From a bacterium (GTDB taxonomy: Bacteria > Zhuqueibacterota > Zhuqueibacteria > Residuimicrobiales > Krinioviventaceae), in NCBI GenBank assembly GCA_963674595.2, contig CAXXFV010000009.1, positions 154,175 through 218,174 on the forward strand: DNA of 64,000 bases, read 5' to 3'. Numbering within the stretch: the first letter of the stretch is position 1; each line of letters starts with the position of its first letter. A model generated the notes under the pieces. It was given only the letters and a program-made list of their open reading frames with translations. It made no database searches and had not been told where the DNA came from. Of the stretch, positions 52,389-64,000 are shown one piece after another. Made by a program: the position numbers and the translations under genes.

Positions 52389-52473
52389 GTCATATTTAAA
52401 AAATATTTTCTAATTGTTTTTAGGATTTTAAGGTTGAAAATAGAAGATTAATAAAGAGTGTCTTTTTTGCAGA

Positions 52474-52944
52474 TTATAACAACGACCTGATCCCTGTTTC
52501 CGGCACATCTGTTTTTTCGCTTAAAATTAATCGGATATCACAGTGGTTTTTCAGCAAACTAAAATCGCCGGCATCGACCAGGGACAAACATTTTTGAAAT
52601 ACACCATAATCCGGAATATCATACAACATAAATATCAGCCAATCGTTTTCGTTACCGGAGGACAGTGCCTGGTTCATTGATGAAAAACCGCTTGAATACA
52701 CACCATATTCCTGCCAGTCTTTGTTCAGTTCCTGCCATTGTTGTGAAAGCTTTTTTTGATAATCGGCTTGTTGTTTTGCATCCAGAGCGTGGTATCTTTC
52801 CATACCGGACAAACGTCGCCGGACTGCAACCAGCATTCTATAGGGATATTCCGGCGTTATTTTAGGGCCGTGTAATTTTTTTAAAAAGAAATATCCGGCT
52901 GTTGAGAATGCTGCCAGTAAAATAATAAAAACAACAAGGGACAT
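52474..52944 (-). CDS. Hypothetical membrane-anchored protein
   Basis: GGAGG RBS and an N-terminal TM helix. Confidence 0.7.
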   Translation of the reverse strand: MSLVVFIILLAAFSTAGYFFLKKLHGPKITPEYPYRMLVAVRRRLSGMERYHALDAKQQADYQKKLSQQWQELNKDWQEYGVYSSGFSSMNQALSSGNENDWLIFMLYDIPDYGVFQKCLSLVDAGDFSLLKNHCDIRLILSEKTDVPETGIRSLL

Positions 52945-53109
52945 GGTGCCTCCGCAATGTGTATATCCAGTTCAAAAATAATATTTACAAAATTGTTGAA
53001 AATTCAGTTTAGTAAAATTTTGCAAATAGAACAACTATTTTATAAAAAAAATCGGGTCCCTGAAGAACCAACATTTTCAAAGACCCGTTATTATCGTTTA
53101 TATCTTGTA

Positions 53110-55116
53110 CTATTTTATCAGCAGCATCTTTTTTACAAGCGTTTGGTTTTGTGCCGTCAGTTTATAATAATACAAACCGGCGGGTAAATGGTCTGCATTA
53201 AATGTCACCTTATGGATACCGGCCCCTTTGTTCGCATTTACAAGCACATCAACAAGCTGGCCTTTCAGGTTATAAACTTGTAATTTTACAAAGGAGGCTT
53301 TTTGTAGTTCAAATTCAATTGATGTTGATGGATTAAACGGATTCGGGTAATTTTGTCCGAGCTTTAATTCGGTCGGTATTTTCAAGTTATTTTTATCGAC
53401 GGCTGTGTCTGATTTTTTAATGGTGATCGAATCGATTACTTTTTCAAATTTATCAATGGCTTGCAGGTGCAGTTCGTTTCCCTGAATATCGACCCTGGTA
53501 AAATGGTCTTTAAAAAGCGTGATGTCTATATGGTCATAGCTTCGTCCCCAGGTATCCAGGGTTGCTCCACCGCCGCCGGTAATGATATAATAAATACCGT
53601 TCAGCAGACCACGTTCATAATCATGGGTGTGCCCGTTAAAAACCAGGTCCACATTATATTGTTCAAATACCGGCAGTAAATAGTTTTGAACGTTGACGTC
53701 ACCGGCCCATGTGTCCCAGCCCTGACAATAGGGAGGATGGTGAAAATACATAATCGTCCATGTTGTTTTTGCACGCATTTCCGAGTTTAAATCATCCACC
53801 AGCCACTGATATTGCGGACTGTTCGGTGAATAATCAATATTTGTATCCAGGGCGATACAGTGTACATTTCCCCAGTTAAAAGAGTAATACCGTTCGGTAC
53901 TGTCCGGATTGTTATGGGGTAAATAAAAGTCATCGAGATAAGTTTGCGCATAATCGGCATTAGTATCGTGATTACCGATACATGTAAAGATACATCGTGA
54001 CTTTACAATGTTTGTATAGGGTTTGAAAAATATATTGTCATATTCACTTCCGTTGGACTGGCTGACATCACCCACATGCAGACAAAAGTCAACTTTATGC
54101 TGCTGCATGATCTCTGCAATGTCATACTGAATTTGCCATCCGGTACCGCTGTCGCCCCATATTAAAAAACTGACGGAATCGATAGATTCGCTTTTTGCTG
54201 TGCGAAAACTGTCGCCTTGGGTTAAAACCACACCGTCGTTTAATACCCGGTAATAATAAGTTGTGTTTTGTTTTAATTGACTTAACGTAACCAAATGTTT
54301 GTTGGTTGATGAATCTTCAACAACTGTGTTGCCGTATTCCAGGGTTTCACCAAATTCAACCTGACCGTTTTTTTTTAGCTTCGTGCGCCAGGCTATTTGC
54401 ACCGAATGCTGTTGAGGATTTTGAATATAGGGGAGTCTGTCTACCTGCACGGTGTGTTGTTCAGGTTTTTCGTATACCAGTTTTTCTGAGGTGACGGAAA
54501 CATCATCGATAAAAGTACCGTTATGAGCATAGCACATAAACCCGATTTTTCCGGTGTTAAACGTCTGATCTATGGTCTGAAATAATAATTCGTGGTTCAG
54601 GTATATAGTAATTGTATCTCCCCGAACATCGGCTGTAATAGAAAACCAGCCTGACGGTATTGCCTGGTCCGGTGTATCCTCTGCAATTGTGGTAAACGAT
54701 CCGTTGACTCTTTTTTGCAATCTTTGAAAAGGACCGCGGTTCCCGGCATCCTGTAATAAAATCAGCCGGTAATAATTATTATAATCCTGATAGCGGAATA
54801 AAATACCAATACCATCATCGTCTGTAGATTTTATATTGGCATTAAAAGAATAGTTTTGCCAATTTGCGTCACCTGTATAAATATGTGTGCCTAAAAACAC
54901 CTCATATTCGTTTTGCGTTACATAAATATTGGAAGTTTGTGTCAAAACGCGGTCCTCGACTTGCCAGCTTCCCGGTCCGCTGGTGTTTGGCTGGTCATCA
55001 ACTATTGTCCAGCCAACAAAGTCTCCGTCACTAAAATCATCCTGCCAGGGGAGTTCTGTTGCAGTGAGGTTAATTGTAAAGATTATTAAAGTTAAAACAA
55101 GCGCTCGAATTTTCAT
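53110..55116 (-). CDS. Secreted purple-acid-phosphatase-like metallophosphoesterase with lectin-like N-terminus, FN3 and C-terminal secretion/sorting domain
   Basis: GDSG, GDV, GNHD, HHPPY, GHTHDYER, LGQNYPNPFNPST...KKMLLIK. Confidence 0.92.
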   Translation of the reverse strand: MKIRALVLTLIIFTINLTATELPWQDDFSDGDFVGWTIVDDQPNTSGPGSWQVEDRVLTQTSNIYVTQNEYEVFLGTHIYTGDANWQNYSFNANIKSTDDDGIGILFRYQDYNNYYRLILLQDAGNRGPFQRLQKRVNGSFTTIAEDTPDQAIPSGWFSITADVRGDTITIYLNHELLFQTIDQTFNTGKIGFMCYAHNGTFIDDVSVTSEKLVYEKPEQHTVQVDRLPYIQNPQQHSVQIAWRTKLKKNGQVEFGETLEYGNTVVEDSSTNKHLVTLSQLKQNTTYYYRVLNDGVVLTQGDSFRTAKSESIDSVSFLIWGDSGTGWQIQYDIAEIMQQHKVDFCLHVGDVSQSNGSEYDNIFFKPYTNIVKSRCIFTCIGNHDTNADYAQTYLDDFYLPHNNPDSTERYYSFNWGNVHCIALDTNIDYSPNSPQYQWLVDDLNSEMRAKTTWTIMYFHHPPYCQGWDTWAGDVNVQNYLLPVFEQYNVDLVFNGHTHDYERGLLNGIYYIITGGGGATLDTWGRSYDHIDITLFKDHFTRVDIQGNELHLQAIDKFEKVIDSITIKKSDTAVDKNNLKIPTELKLGQNYPNPFNPSTSIEFELQKASFVKLQVYNLKGQLVDVLVNANKGAGIHKVTFNADHLPAGLYYYKLTAQNQTLVKKMLLIK

Positions 55117-55322
55117 AATAGTAGTTCTCCTGTCACAGTTATGATATAATAAAGTGAAATAAGGTTATCCCTTGATTAAATATGATGAAAAATATTGTGC
55201 AAACGGATTGTTTTGTATATAACAATATAACAATCCATTTTTAATAATCAATTTTTAAATGGGGGAATAAAAAGAGTTGATTCAAGAAATATCGGCAGAT
55301 TTATAAATCTAATTTTAAATTT

Positions 55323-56831
55323 TTATTGCGCCGGGAATATAATTTGAAAACATGTTCCGTTATTCCTGTCAATTTCAATCTGTCCGCCAATTTGTTTTGT
55401 AAGGAGGTTAACTATTAGCAATCCAAATGATTCAGTTTCTTCAAGATCATACTGCTCAGGTAAACCTTTTCCTCTATCCTGGACTGTTAATGTATATGTA
55501 TTGTCCTTGTTTTTAATAAAACTAATTTTTAGAGTGCCGTCTTTATGGTCTCCGTAAGCGTGCTTTATAGCATTGGTAACCAATTCATTTAGTATCAAAC
55601 CGCACGGTATCGCCAGATTCATTGATAAAAATATATTTTCTATATTTACTTCAGGTTTAATTGTTTTATCAAAGGAATAGGCTATTAAAAGTTGTTGGCA
55701 CATTGATTTTGTATATAAACTCATGTCTACCTGGGCAAATTCGTGCGATCGATACATGCTTTCATGGACCAGGGCCATTGCCTGTATTCTGTCGACACTA
55801 TCCTTAAAAGCTTCCTCTGCTTGTTTTTTGTTGGAAATTTTTGCCAGTTGAAGTTTTAAAAGACTGGACATAATTTGCATGTTATTTTTAACCCGATGGT
55901 GTATTTCTTTTAAAAGAGCGTCTTTTTCTTTCAGGTTTTTTTCCAATTCTTCTTCAGCCAGTTTTCGGTCTGTTATATCTTCACATACAATGAGTATGAT
56001 CGTTTTTCCATCCGGTGCTGCAACAGCCCGCGCAGATTCTCTGACCCATAATATGTGGCCGTCTTTATGGACTTTGCGAAGTTCCCAATGCAATAATTTT
56101 CCCGGATTTTTTGAACAAATGCTAATGTGTTCTTGTAGTTTTTTTAAGTCTTTATGGTAAAAAATAGCATTGACCGGCTTTCCGATTAATTCTTTGACCG
56201 AATAACCGAGTTGTTCCGCACCAAAGGGATTTACAGACAGGATGTTTCCGGCTGTGTCTACGGTAAAATACATTGAAGGATTATTATCGTAAAGAGCACG
56301 ATAACGTGTTTCACTGGAACGCAGCGCCTTTTCAATTTTTTTTCTTTCTTTAATTTCATTATTTAGTTTTTCATTTGTAGAAGTTATTTTTTCAGTCCGT
56401 TCTTTTACCATATCTTCCAGGTTTTCAGTCAACTCTTTCAGGTTTAAATGTGTTTTTACTCTTGCCAGAACTTCTTCCGGTTCAAACGGTTTTGTAATAT
56501 AATCGATTGCTCCGGCCTGGAAGCCTTTGATTTTTTCAGTGGTATCGTCAAGTGCGCTGATAAATATAATAGGGATGTTTTCAAATTTTTTGTTGGCTTT
56601 TAGACGGCTGCAGATTTCGTATCCGTTAATATCCGGCAGTTTTATATCCAAAAGAATTAAATCAGGTGGTTTTGCCTCAATGGACCTTAGAGCTATCGTA
56701 CCATTTGAAGCCGGACGAACACGAAAACCCTGGTCGGTAAGAATTTTCGCTAATAACTGCAAGCTGGCAGGAGTATCATCGACGATGAGAATTTCCTGAT
56801 GGTTTAGTTTTGTTTTTTCAGCAGGTGTCAT
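55323..56831 (-). CDS. REC-PAS-HisKA_2 histidine kinase
   Basis: ILIVDD, LLDIKLP, TKPF, EDITD, EIHHRVKNN, NELVTNAIKHA. Confidence 0.93.
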   Translation of the reverse strand: MTPAEKTKLNHQEILIVDDTPASLQLLAKILTDQGFRVRPASNGTIALRSIEAKPPDLILLDIKLPDINGYEICSRLKANKKFENIPIIFISALDDTTEKIKGFQAGAIDYITKPFEPEEVLARVKTHLNLKELTENLEDMVKERTEKITSTNEKLNNEIKERKKIEKALRSSETRYRALYDNNPSMYFTVDTAGNILSVNPFGAEQLGYSVKELIGKPVNAIFYHKDLKKLQEHISICSKNPGKLLHWELRKVHKDGHILWVRESARAVAAPDGKTIILIVCEDITDRKLAEEELEKNLKEKDALLKEIHHRVKNNMQIMSSLLKLQLAKISNKKQAEEAFKDSVDRIQAMALVHESMYRSHEFAQVDMSLYTKSMCQQLLIAYSFDKTIKPEVNIENIFLSMNLAIPCGLILNELVTNAIKHAYGDHKDGTLKISFIKNKDNTYTLTVQDRGKGLPEQYDLEETESFGLLIVNLLTKQIGGQIEIDRNNGTCFQIIFPAQ

Positions 56832-56977
56832 AATTGGCTCCTATCCGTAATAAACTGAAACTCAACAGGTTGATTTTGGTGTGCATTTTATATGGTACAA
56901 TATACTGTTACATAAAATATAAGAATTTTTAAGTTAAATCAAGTGTAGAATTGTGTTTTTATGATAATACATATTTA

Positions 56978-59900
56978 TCAAGATGGCGCCGTGTTTTCAG
57001 CATCGTCTTTTTCCAGTAAATTTAATAACCGATCAAAATCATAGTTATGTGCTAACAACCGGCATACTTTACCAACTTGGGGATGTTCTCCTGAGAGTTG
57101 GTCAATAAGTTCCATTGTACGATCCGTATCGAGTTCCAATACAGCTTTATGTAGTTTTTTTCGCAAGCTTGATGATATCAATTCAAGTTGTTTTTTATCA
57201 ATTTCCGGAATGTCATAACCGTTATTTTGTTTTTCATCATTGTATTCATAGGTTAAATGGAGATGCTTTTTCATAACCAGGAAAATATCGTTTTCGCGAT
57301 ATGGTTTCCTGACAAAATCATCAAATCCCGCTTTAATGATTTGTTCCCGTTCTTCCTCCAACGCATGTGCCGTAAGTGCTGCAATAATGATTGACTTGCC
57401 TTCTTTCATATTTTTAATAGTCCGGGTGGCTTGCAGACCATCCATAACAGGCATGCGAATATCCATCCATATAAAATCCGGTTTCCAGGTTTTTATCATT
57501 TCAATGGCTCTTTTACCGTCACTGGCTTCACGGACTGAAAATCCCACAGTTTGCAATAATTTGACCAATAGTTCACGGCTCGGTTTTTTATCTTCAACTA
57601 CCAGTATTCTCGGAATTTTTTGTTCTGATTTTAAGCCGATAACCTGCCTTTGATCTTGTTTTTTGTCTTTTAGGTGTTTCAAGTTTCCTTTTTCTATTTT
57701 AATATAAAAACTAAAGGTACTGCCTTGACCTGACTGGCTTGTAACGGTGATATCTCCACCCAGTAATCGTATATATTCACGGCTGATAGCCAAACCAAGT
57801 CCGGTACCACCATCGGCCATTCTGCTGCTTGATGTTTGTTCAAAATACTGAAAAAGTTTGTGCTGTTCATCGCTGGCTATTCCTATACCCGTATCTATGA
57901 CATTGATGAATAAAAACATTTCTTGTTGATTGTTTTCTTTGACCTCTGCTTTTATAGTTATTGAGCCTTTGGGTGTAAATTTAACAGCATTAGATAAAAG
58001 ATTGAGGATTATTTGACGCAGTTTATTTTCATCTGTTTTTATAAATTGTGGTAATTTTTCAAAACCAATAGTTTTAAGCGTTAATTTACTTTTATCCATA
58101 CGAACTTTGATAATTTCTACCAAATCATTTAATAAAACGGGCAGGTTAAAAGTATTTGTATTTATTGAAACTTGTTTAGCTTCAATTTTGGAAATTTCCA
58201 ATACGTCATTGATGAGTGCTAATAAATGTTCACCACTTTTATTAATAATTATTAAATGTTCACGATGTTCTTCCGGCAATGATTGATCTCTGCGCATAAG
58301 CTGAGAATAACCTAAAATAGCATTCATTGGCGTGCGCAATTCATGACTCATATTTGCCAGGAAAAAACTTTTAGCCCGGTTTGTTTTTTCAGCTTGCTCT
58401 TTTGCTTTGGCCAGTTCAAAAGTACGTTCTTTAATCAGTTCTTCCAGATGGTTTCGATGCTTGTATAATTCTATTTCTGCAAGTTTACGGTCTGTAATAT
58501 CTTTTACAAAGCCTTCAATAAGTAAAGGATTACCTTTTTCATCTTTTACCAGTCGTGCACTCAAAGAGCCCCATATAACATGCTTATCCCGGTGTGATAA
58601 TTGCAATTCAAAGTTTTTTACAGAGTTTTGAGCAATAAGTTGAGATTTAAGAGTGTCCCGGTCATTTAGATTGTAGTAAAGTTCTTTTTGTACATCTTTA
58701 ACGTTTTCAATCAGTTCTTCAGGAGAATTAAAACCTAAACTGACAGCCAAAGCCGCATTTGCACTTAAAAGTTTGCCGTCTAATGTTGTTTGAAAAAAGC
58801 CTTCTATGGCGTTTTCAAGAATACTTTTGTATTTTTCTTCACTTTTTTTCAAACCTTCCAGAGTTTGTTGCAGTCTGACTGTCATTAGATTGAAATTGTT
58901 TGCTAAAAGACCTATTTCATCTTTTGAATCAATTTCTACAACCTGGTTCAGATCACCTTGTCTGATTTTTTCAACAATCGTGGTCATTTGGCGTATGGGG
59001 CGGGTGATGGTAAGCGCCATTATTGTACTTACCAGGCTTATTAACAAGATGATAACAACACCTGCCAATATCATAAAGCGTGTCATTTTCACCCGACCGC
59101 CATACAATATTGCCTGATAGGTTTGTAATTCATCTTCATAAACACTGGTGCCTATGACCCAGTCCCAGGGTTCATAATATACAAGACGTGCTATTTTCCA
59201 TCTTGGTTCCCTTTCTCCTAAATTTTGCCAGCGATACCTTTCAGTGCCAAGCTGTCCGGGATTCAACTGAATAGCCTTGTTGATTATATTTTGAATAACA
59301 AATTTTCCATCACTGTCCTGATTTTCCCAAACATATTCACCATCACGTTCCCCTTTATATGACATAATATAATGACCACGTTCTTTACCTTTCCCACCGA
59401 GAACGTAAACATAACCTGTTTTACCTACTTTTGTTTGTAAAATAGCATGGCGGATTCTGGCTTCAACCTCTTTTTGCTTTGTGCCGACATATAAAACACC
59501 AACAATATATCCGTTTTGATCTTTGATTGGTTCATAAGCTGTGAGATACCAGGCATTGACAACGTAAGCCCTTCCACGATATGACTGTCCCTTTAGAATT
59601 GTGGATATTACTATATTTGGTGTTCCGTCGGGGTTAATAGCTGGAATGTATGTGCTGATAGCGCGTTTATCATCTTTAGTCATTACTGTTGTTGCAACTC
59701 TCAGCATGTCTCCCTTTTCGTTTATTCGTTGAAATATTGTACAGGTTTCGCCGGTAAGCTCTGTAACCTCATCAACAATCCTTGTTGGTGTTTGTGGATT
59801 TCTGGTTTTGCCAAGCCAAAGACCGCCAACCAAAAAACGGGGGAGAGTTAGTTCTGTTATTTCCTGTGTGTATTGATTAACAGCCTGCCAGTAAACCATG

Positions 59901-60205
59901 CTGTTTGATAAAGATACTTGTCCGGCACTTGCTAAAACATGCCGGGCAACATTAAGGTTATAATTAACCTGTTTCTGAACGGCGTCATTTTCAGTTTGAA
60001 CCAGATTATAAACACCTAGAGTAATATTGTCTAAATTAGAGTTGATTAATGCATCAACTTCTCTTTGTGAAAGTGTATTATATTGCCCGCTTTGCCATAC
60101 AACAAGAAAGACCATTGACAGAACAGTAATTAACACGCTGCTTGCACCTAATAGTGCAACTTTAAAACTTAACGGTTTGTTATTAAAAAAGTTGTTTATT
60201 TTCAT
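56978..60205 (-). CDS. Hybrid sensor kinase: Cache_3/Cache_2-HAMP-PAS-HisKA-HATPase-REC
   Basis: TCTIFQR...[44 protein letters not shown]. Confidence 0.93.
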   Translation of the reverse strand: MKINNFFNNKPLSFKVALLGASSVLITVLSMVFLVVWQSGQYNTLSQREVDALINSNLDNITLGVYNLVQTENDAVQKQVNYNLNVARHVLASAGQVSLSNSMVYWQAVNQYTQEITELTLPRFLVGGLWLGKTRNPQTPTRIVDEVTELTGETCTIFQRINEKGDMLRVATTVMTKDDKRAISTYIPAINPDGTPNIVISTILKGQSYRGRAYVVNAWYLTAYEPIKDQNGYIVGVLYVGTKQKEVEARIRHAILQTKVGKTGYVYVLGGKGKERGHYIMSYKGERDGEYVWENQDSDGKFVIQNIINKAIQLNPGQLGTERYRWQNLGEREPRWKIARLVYYEPWDWVIGTSVYEDELQTYQAILYGGRVKMTRFMILAGVVIILLISLVSTIMALTITRPIRQMTTIVEKIRQGDLNQVVEIDSKDEIGLLANNFNLMTVRLQQTLEGLKKSEEKYKSILENAIEGFFQTTLDGKLLSANAALAVSLGFNSPEELIENVKDVQKELYYNLNDRDTLKSQLIAQNSVKNFELQLSHRDKHVIWGSLSARLVKDEKGNPLLIEGFVKDITDRKLAEIELYKHRNHLEELIKERTFELAKAKEQAEKTNRAKSFFLANMSHELRTPMNAILGYSQLMRRDQSLPEEHREHLIIINKSGEHLLALINDVLEISKIEAKQVSINTNTFNLPVLLNDLVEIIKVRMDKSKLTLKTIGFEKLPQFIKTDENKLRQIILNLLSNAVKFTPKGSITIKAEVKENNQQEMFLFINVIDTGIGIASDEQHKLFQYFEQTSSSRMADGGTGLGLAISREYIRLLGGDITVTSQSGQGSTFSFYIKIEKGNLKHLKDKKQDQRQVIGLKSEQKIPRILVVEDKKPSRELLVKLLQTVGFSVREASDGKRAIEMIKTWKPDFIWMDIRMPVMDGLQATRTIKNMKEGKSIIIAALTAHALEEEREQIIKAGFDDFVRKPYRENDIFLVMKKHLHLTYEYNDEKQNNGYDIPEIDKKQLELISSSLRKKLHKAVLELDTDRTMELIDQLSGEHPQVGKVCRLLAHNYDFDRLLNLLEKDDAENTAPS

Positions 60206-60274
60206 ACAAAAGCCGGATATACTGTTTTATAGAAATTTAATAGATTTCATACTAGATAAATTAAATCATGTCGA

Positions 60275-62311
60275 TTAAATGTCGTCCTTTTGTTTTATTA
60301 TATCGGTTTCCAATATTTTTAAAATTTGGTCATAATTTAGTTCATGTGCAAGTCTTTTTAACATTTTTGCTGACTTTGGTGATATTTGTGAGATTTTTTC
60401 AATAAAAAATAATGTGCGGTCAGTGTCCAATTCGAGGACGGATTGATAAAAGTCAGCCAATAAATCAGGAGGCAAAACGGACATTTGTTCTTTATCGATC
60501 AATGGTAAAATATCACTATCATTTTCTTTGGTTTTAGTAATTATAAATTTAATATCCAGGAATTTTTTCATGGTATCCATTATATCTCGTTCATGAAAAG
60601 GCTTCCTTACAAAATCATCAAATCCTGCTTTTATTATTTCAACACGTTCTTCCTCGAGAGCATGGGCTGTTAAAGCTACTATTATGATTTCTTTTTCTGT
60701 TTTTATTTTTTTAATTTCTTGTGTCGCCTCATATCCGTCCATTACAGGCATTCTTATATCCATCCATATAAAATCAGGATGCCATTTTTTAACCATGTCA
60801 AGCGCCTCTTTACCATTAACGGCTTCTTTTACATGAAATCCTGTGTTTTTAAGCATTTTTACAAGAAGTAATCGGTTATCTATATTGTCTTCAACAACTA
60901 AAATACGGGGCGGTGCTATTGAAGGATCCAGTTTATATATATGTTTTTCCAAATATTGAGGACTTTTATGTTTATCATCAGTTTTTTTACATTTGATATT
61001 AAATTCAAATGTACTCCCTTTACCAGGCTGGCTTGTAACTTTAATATCACCTCCCATTAATCGAACATATTCTCTGCTTATTGCCAGCCCCAAACCCGTA
61101 CCGCTTTTACTTTTAATGCCGCTTTCTGTTTGTTCAAAATATTTAAATAGTTTTCCCATTTCTTTTTTAGCGATACCTAATCCTGTATCTTTAACTTGAA
61201 CAACAAGATTGTCGGACATATTGCTGTTATTTTTTTTGTCAATAAATAACTGTAATGTTACTTTGCCGTTTTGTGTAAATTTAACAGCATTTGAAATTAG
61301 ATTAATAAAAACTTGTCTCAATTTGTTTTCATCGGTATTGATATATTGTGGAACATCATTTAGACCGATTGTGCAATATTCTATTTTGTTTTTATGAATT
61401 CGGTCAATAAACATAAGGTTAATATTAGTGACGAGTTTGTGCAAATCAAAGGTGTGTATGTTTAACTTTATTTGTTTGATTTCTATTTTTGATATTTCTA
61501 ACACGTCGTTAATTAGTGAAAGTAAATGTTCTCCGCTTTGTGTTATTGTGTTAAGATAACCGCTTTGTTCTTTATTCAGAGAAAGGTCCTGCTGCAGTAA
61601 TTGAGAAAAGCCAAGAATAGCATTTAGGGGCGTTCGCAGTTCATGGCTCATATTTGCCAGAAACAAACTCTTGGCCTGATTTGCCGATTCTGCTTTTTCT
61701 TTTTCTTTCTCCAGCTCCTTTGTCCGTTCTTTAACAAGTTTTTGTAGATTATTTCGATGCTGTTCCAGTTCTTTATTTAATTCAGTCTGTTTCTTTTGTG
61801 TAATTCCCATTTCGGCAAGTGTGTTGGCAATGGTTTTATAATAGGCGATAATATTTTGCACTCGTTCCCTTGATATGACAGCTACTTTATTTATAGCTTC
61901 TATGTATTGTTTCTCGTCAAATCCAAGTTCCTGAGCTTGTTTACGGAAAAAGTCCATATCAGGCGGTTCATTGTCATAAAAGCATTGCCCAAAAAAGAAA
62001 GTGGCAAGGTGTTCACCATCGACAATAATCGGGAAAGCAACATCACGAAGACCATTTTTACATCTATATTCGGCAAAATCACCTTCAAATAAATGGTCTT
62101 TAATAAAAGCATCGCTCTCTTTACATCGCGCCAGAGTCATTGGGTGACAACGATGGAATTTGTCACAAAGCTCTGTCCAACCCGCAGCTACAAGGACATT
62201 TTCTTCAGGATCTAGAACAGCGTTTGCCAGACCGCTTGATTTGGCAAAGTATTCCATAGAATTTTGTAGTCTTGGAATATTTATCAAATCTTTAAATTTA
62301 TATTTTTTCAT
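60275..62311 (-). CDS. Hybrid sensor kinase: PocR-HisKA-HATPase-REC
   Basis: C.KFHR.HP....[33 protein letters not shown]. Confidence 0.93.
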   Translation of the reverse strand: MKKYKFKDLINIPRLQNSMEYFAKSSGLANAVLDPEENVLVAAGWTELCDKFHRCHPMTLARCKESDAFIKDHLFEGDFAEYRCKNGLRDVAFPIIVDGEHLATFFFGQCFYDNEPPDMDFFRKQAQELGFDEKQYIEAINKVAVISRERVQNIIAYYKTIANTLAEMGITQKKQTELNKELEQHRNNLQKLVKERTKELEKEKEKAESANQAKSLFLANMSHELRTPLNAILGFSQLLQQDLSLNKEQSGYLNTITQSGEHLLSLINDVLEISKIEIKQIKLNIHTFDLHKLVTNINLMFIDRIHKNKIEYCTIGLNDVPQYINTDENKLRQVFINLISNAVKFTQNGKVTLQLFIDKKNNSNMSDNLVVQVKDTGLGIAKKEMGKLFKYFEQTESGIKSKSGTGLGLAISREYVRLMGGDIKVTSQPGKGSTFEFNIKCKKTDDKHKSPQYLEKHIYKLDPSIAPPRILVVEDNIDNRLLLVKMLKNTGFHVKEAVNGKEALDMVKKWHPDFIWMDIRMPVMDGYEATQEIKKIKTEKEIIIVALTAHALEEERVEIIKAGFDDFVRKPFHERDIMDTMKKFLDIKFIITKTKENDSDILPLIDKEQMSVLPPDLLADFYQSVLELDTDRTLFFIEKISQISPKSAKMLKRLAHELNYDQILKILETDIIKQKDDI

Positions 62312-62608
62312 TCAAGTTGCCTGTGTTATTTGAAATGAAAATTTATGTAAATTAAAAGTTTTTATATTTTGGGCGTTTATTCTTTTTTGACTAGTTCAGG
62401 AGAATGATGACGCTGCAAGAAAATAGTGGATAGTTAATGTGATAGTATTGGATTCTATTCATGTTTATTTTTTATAAATTTAAGAATCAAAAGAAAAAGA
62501 ACAAATGAAAAATTAGAATGATGTAAAATTTTTTTGGATTTACGACAATGATATTGTGGTGTTTATATTCATATATATGTAGAGGAAAAGCAGATACAAT
62601 GAAGAATA

Positions 62609-62639
62609 AAGTGGTGGAATTGAAACTATTCCACCACTT
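62609..62639 (-). terminator. Rho-independent terminator
   Basis: 12-bp stem AAGTGGTGGAAT/ATTCCACCACTT, 9 bp after the stop codon, T-rich on the minus strand. Confidence 0.75.
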
Positions 62640-62648
62640 GACGTTATC

Positions 62649-64000
62649 TCAGTTTTGAAAATGTTTCAGGTAAACAATCCCCGGTTGAACCATTTCCGAC
62701 AAGACCAAACCGGCAAAACCGCTTGCCGTCATAGAGCAGGCTGACCATGTTTGCAATCTTTTGGATGCCCAGGGAAGTTTTGCATCTTCAAGCATGATCC
62801 CGATTCGCCCGGCATATTCTTGCGTACATAAAAAGCGTTTTACAATTGTTAAGGTTTTATCTACAGTATAATCATCCCTCATTTGTTGATAACCGGTTAA
62901 TGCAAGGGATATGCCGGCCGTTTTCGAATTGTCCCAGGCATCTGCCAGCGGCCACCAGGAATTGGTTCCCATTGTTGCCAATAATCCTTTTTCTCCTTTA
63001 ACATACCAGCATAAAACTTTTTCTATTTTGTTTTTGATCTCCTGGTTTTCTGTAATAAAATAAACCGTCAACAGACCATCTATATAATAAAAGGATGCAC
63101 CAAAGTGAGTAATCGGTTGATCGTAAATCGGTTCAATCTGTTCCGTATGGTGGGCATGGCAAATAGGTCGTCCGTCCTCATTCCAGTTTCGTAAGAGAAA
63201 ATCGGCTGCTCTGTTTGCAACATCTATATATTTTTTGTCTTTGGTAACAGAGTATAAAAAGGCAAATGTTCCCGCTTCAATGCCCGTTGCCGAGCTGTAT
63301 TCTCTTGTCCTGGGAACGCCATCTTCCATACCGTTTGTAAAGCCGCCGGACGGTTTTTGCCATTGCATGGCCCAGTCATCACAAAAATGGCGCAGGGCAT
63401 TAATATATTTTGTTTTTCGCGGTTCGGAAACATAATGGCAGGCCACGCCCAATGCTCCTGCTATACTGCCGATGTCGGCCATATTCATCCAATGGTTCTT
63501 TTTTATACTGTCAATTTCTGCCTGGGTCAACCGGCTTGTTGGTTTGTTGCGAAAAGTTTGGTGCCAGGCTCCGTTTGGTAATTGCTCTGAAACAAGTTTG
63601 TCCAAAACATCGGTCGTTGCATCCATATAGCGGGTGTCACCAAAAAGATCATAAGCCGCCAGAAACGTACGAATGGGAAAAGCTGTTGTATACCACCAGT
63701 ACATTTGTTTGTCATTAAAAGGTTCAAAATCTCCTATAAATCCATTTTCCAGGCGATGCGACATGTACCATTCGCATAATTCTTTTAATCTATTTTCAAC
63801 ATCGGTATTACCATTTTTAAGCACCTCGTCAACAGTAGGCAATTCATCCGGCGGGGCATTTTTAAACATTGATTTTGCCGCTCTTCCTGATTGCCCTTTC
63901 ACAATCAAGCCGTTGATGGCAAATGTTTCCCCTGATTTGGCTTTTAATTTTATTTTCAGAATTTCATCCTTGACAACAGCGTTAAAAGAGAGTTGTTGTT
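62649..64000 (-). CDS. (alpha/alpha)6-barrel, glycosidase-like hypothetical protein; 5' end probably outside the window
   Basis: Repeated Q.P.G.W/F and D..Y...A...A..L helical-hairpin motifs. The frame appears open towards the window end. Confidence 0.6.
   Translation of the reverse strand, partial: QQLSFNAVVKDEILKIKLKAKSGETFAINGLIVKGQSGRAAKSMFKNAPPDELPTVDEVLKNGNTDVENRLKELCEWYMSHRLENGFIGDFEPFNDKQMYWWYTTAFPIRTFLAAYDLFGDTRYMDATTDVLDKLVSEQLPNGAWHQTFRNKPTSRLTQAEIDSIKKNHWMNMADIGSIAGALGVACHYVSEPRKTKYINALRHFCDDWAMQWQKPSGGFTNGMEDGVPRTREYSSATGIEAGTFAFLYSVTKDKKYIDVANRAADFLLRNWNEDGRPICHAHHTEQIEPIYDQPITHFGASFYYIDGLLTVYFITENQEIKNKIEKVLCWYVKGEKGLLATMGTNSWWPLADAWDNSKTAGISLALTGYQQMRDDYTVDKTLTIVKRFLCTQEYAGRIGIMLEDAKLPWASKRLQTWSACSMTASGFAGLVLSEMVQPGIVYLKHFQN

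Noticed and set aside
34892-63727. Numerous 60-135-aa antisense or overlapping ORFs in the track
   Set aside because: They are shadows of well-supported genes on the opposite strand or in another frame.
1-64000. CRISPR array, integron attC array, rRNA, transposase
   Set aside because: No regularly spaced repeats, attC-like sites, rRNA or transposase motifs were seen by eye.

Overview
Bacterial DNA, AT-rich. The QNYPNPFNPST C-terminal sorting domain, FISUMP protein and lmo0937-type genes suggest an FCB/KSB1/Calditrichota-like host (inference). The window has two parts. (1) Positions 1-26362 are the right arm of a probable genomic island ending at a 3'-only tRNA-Pro(GGG) fragment, with candidate integrase arm sites beside it. 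All recognisable genes there are on the + strand and form a partly decayed stress/dormancy mosaic: a near-identical 1.36-kb duplication of a NarL regulator plus a baeRF3/Balon-like release-factor homologue, a sigma region-2-only protein, three unannotated lmo0937-type micro-membrane proteins, OmpA proteins, Hsp20, KH, CPA2, SPFH, a GT4-GH130-PIG-L-GT4-GH100 module, a PAS/GAF kinase between 92-bp direct repeats, and an hsdR remnant. (2) Positions 26.4-64 kb hold a FISUMP gene whose 3' end resembles a DGR variable region, several stand-alone genes, a 12-gene minus-strand glycan-utilisation cluster led by a URO-D-family gene with a GntR-type operator, a secreted metallophosphoesterase and three tandem sensor kinases. 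No integrase, reverse transcriptase, CRISPR array or rRNA was seen. All family calls are motif recognition by eye; no searches were run.
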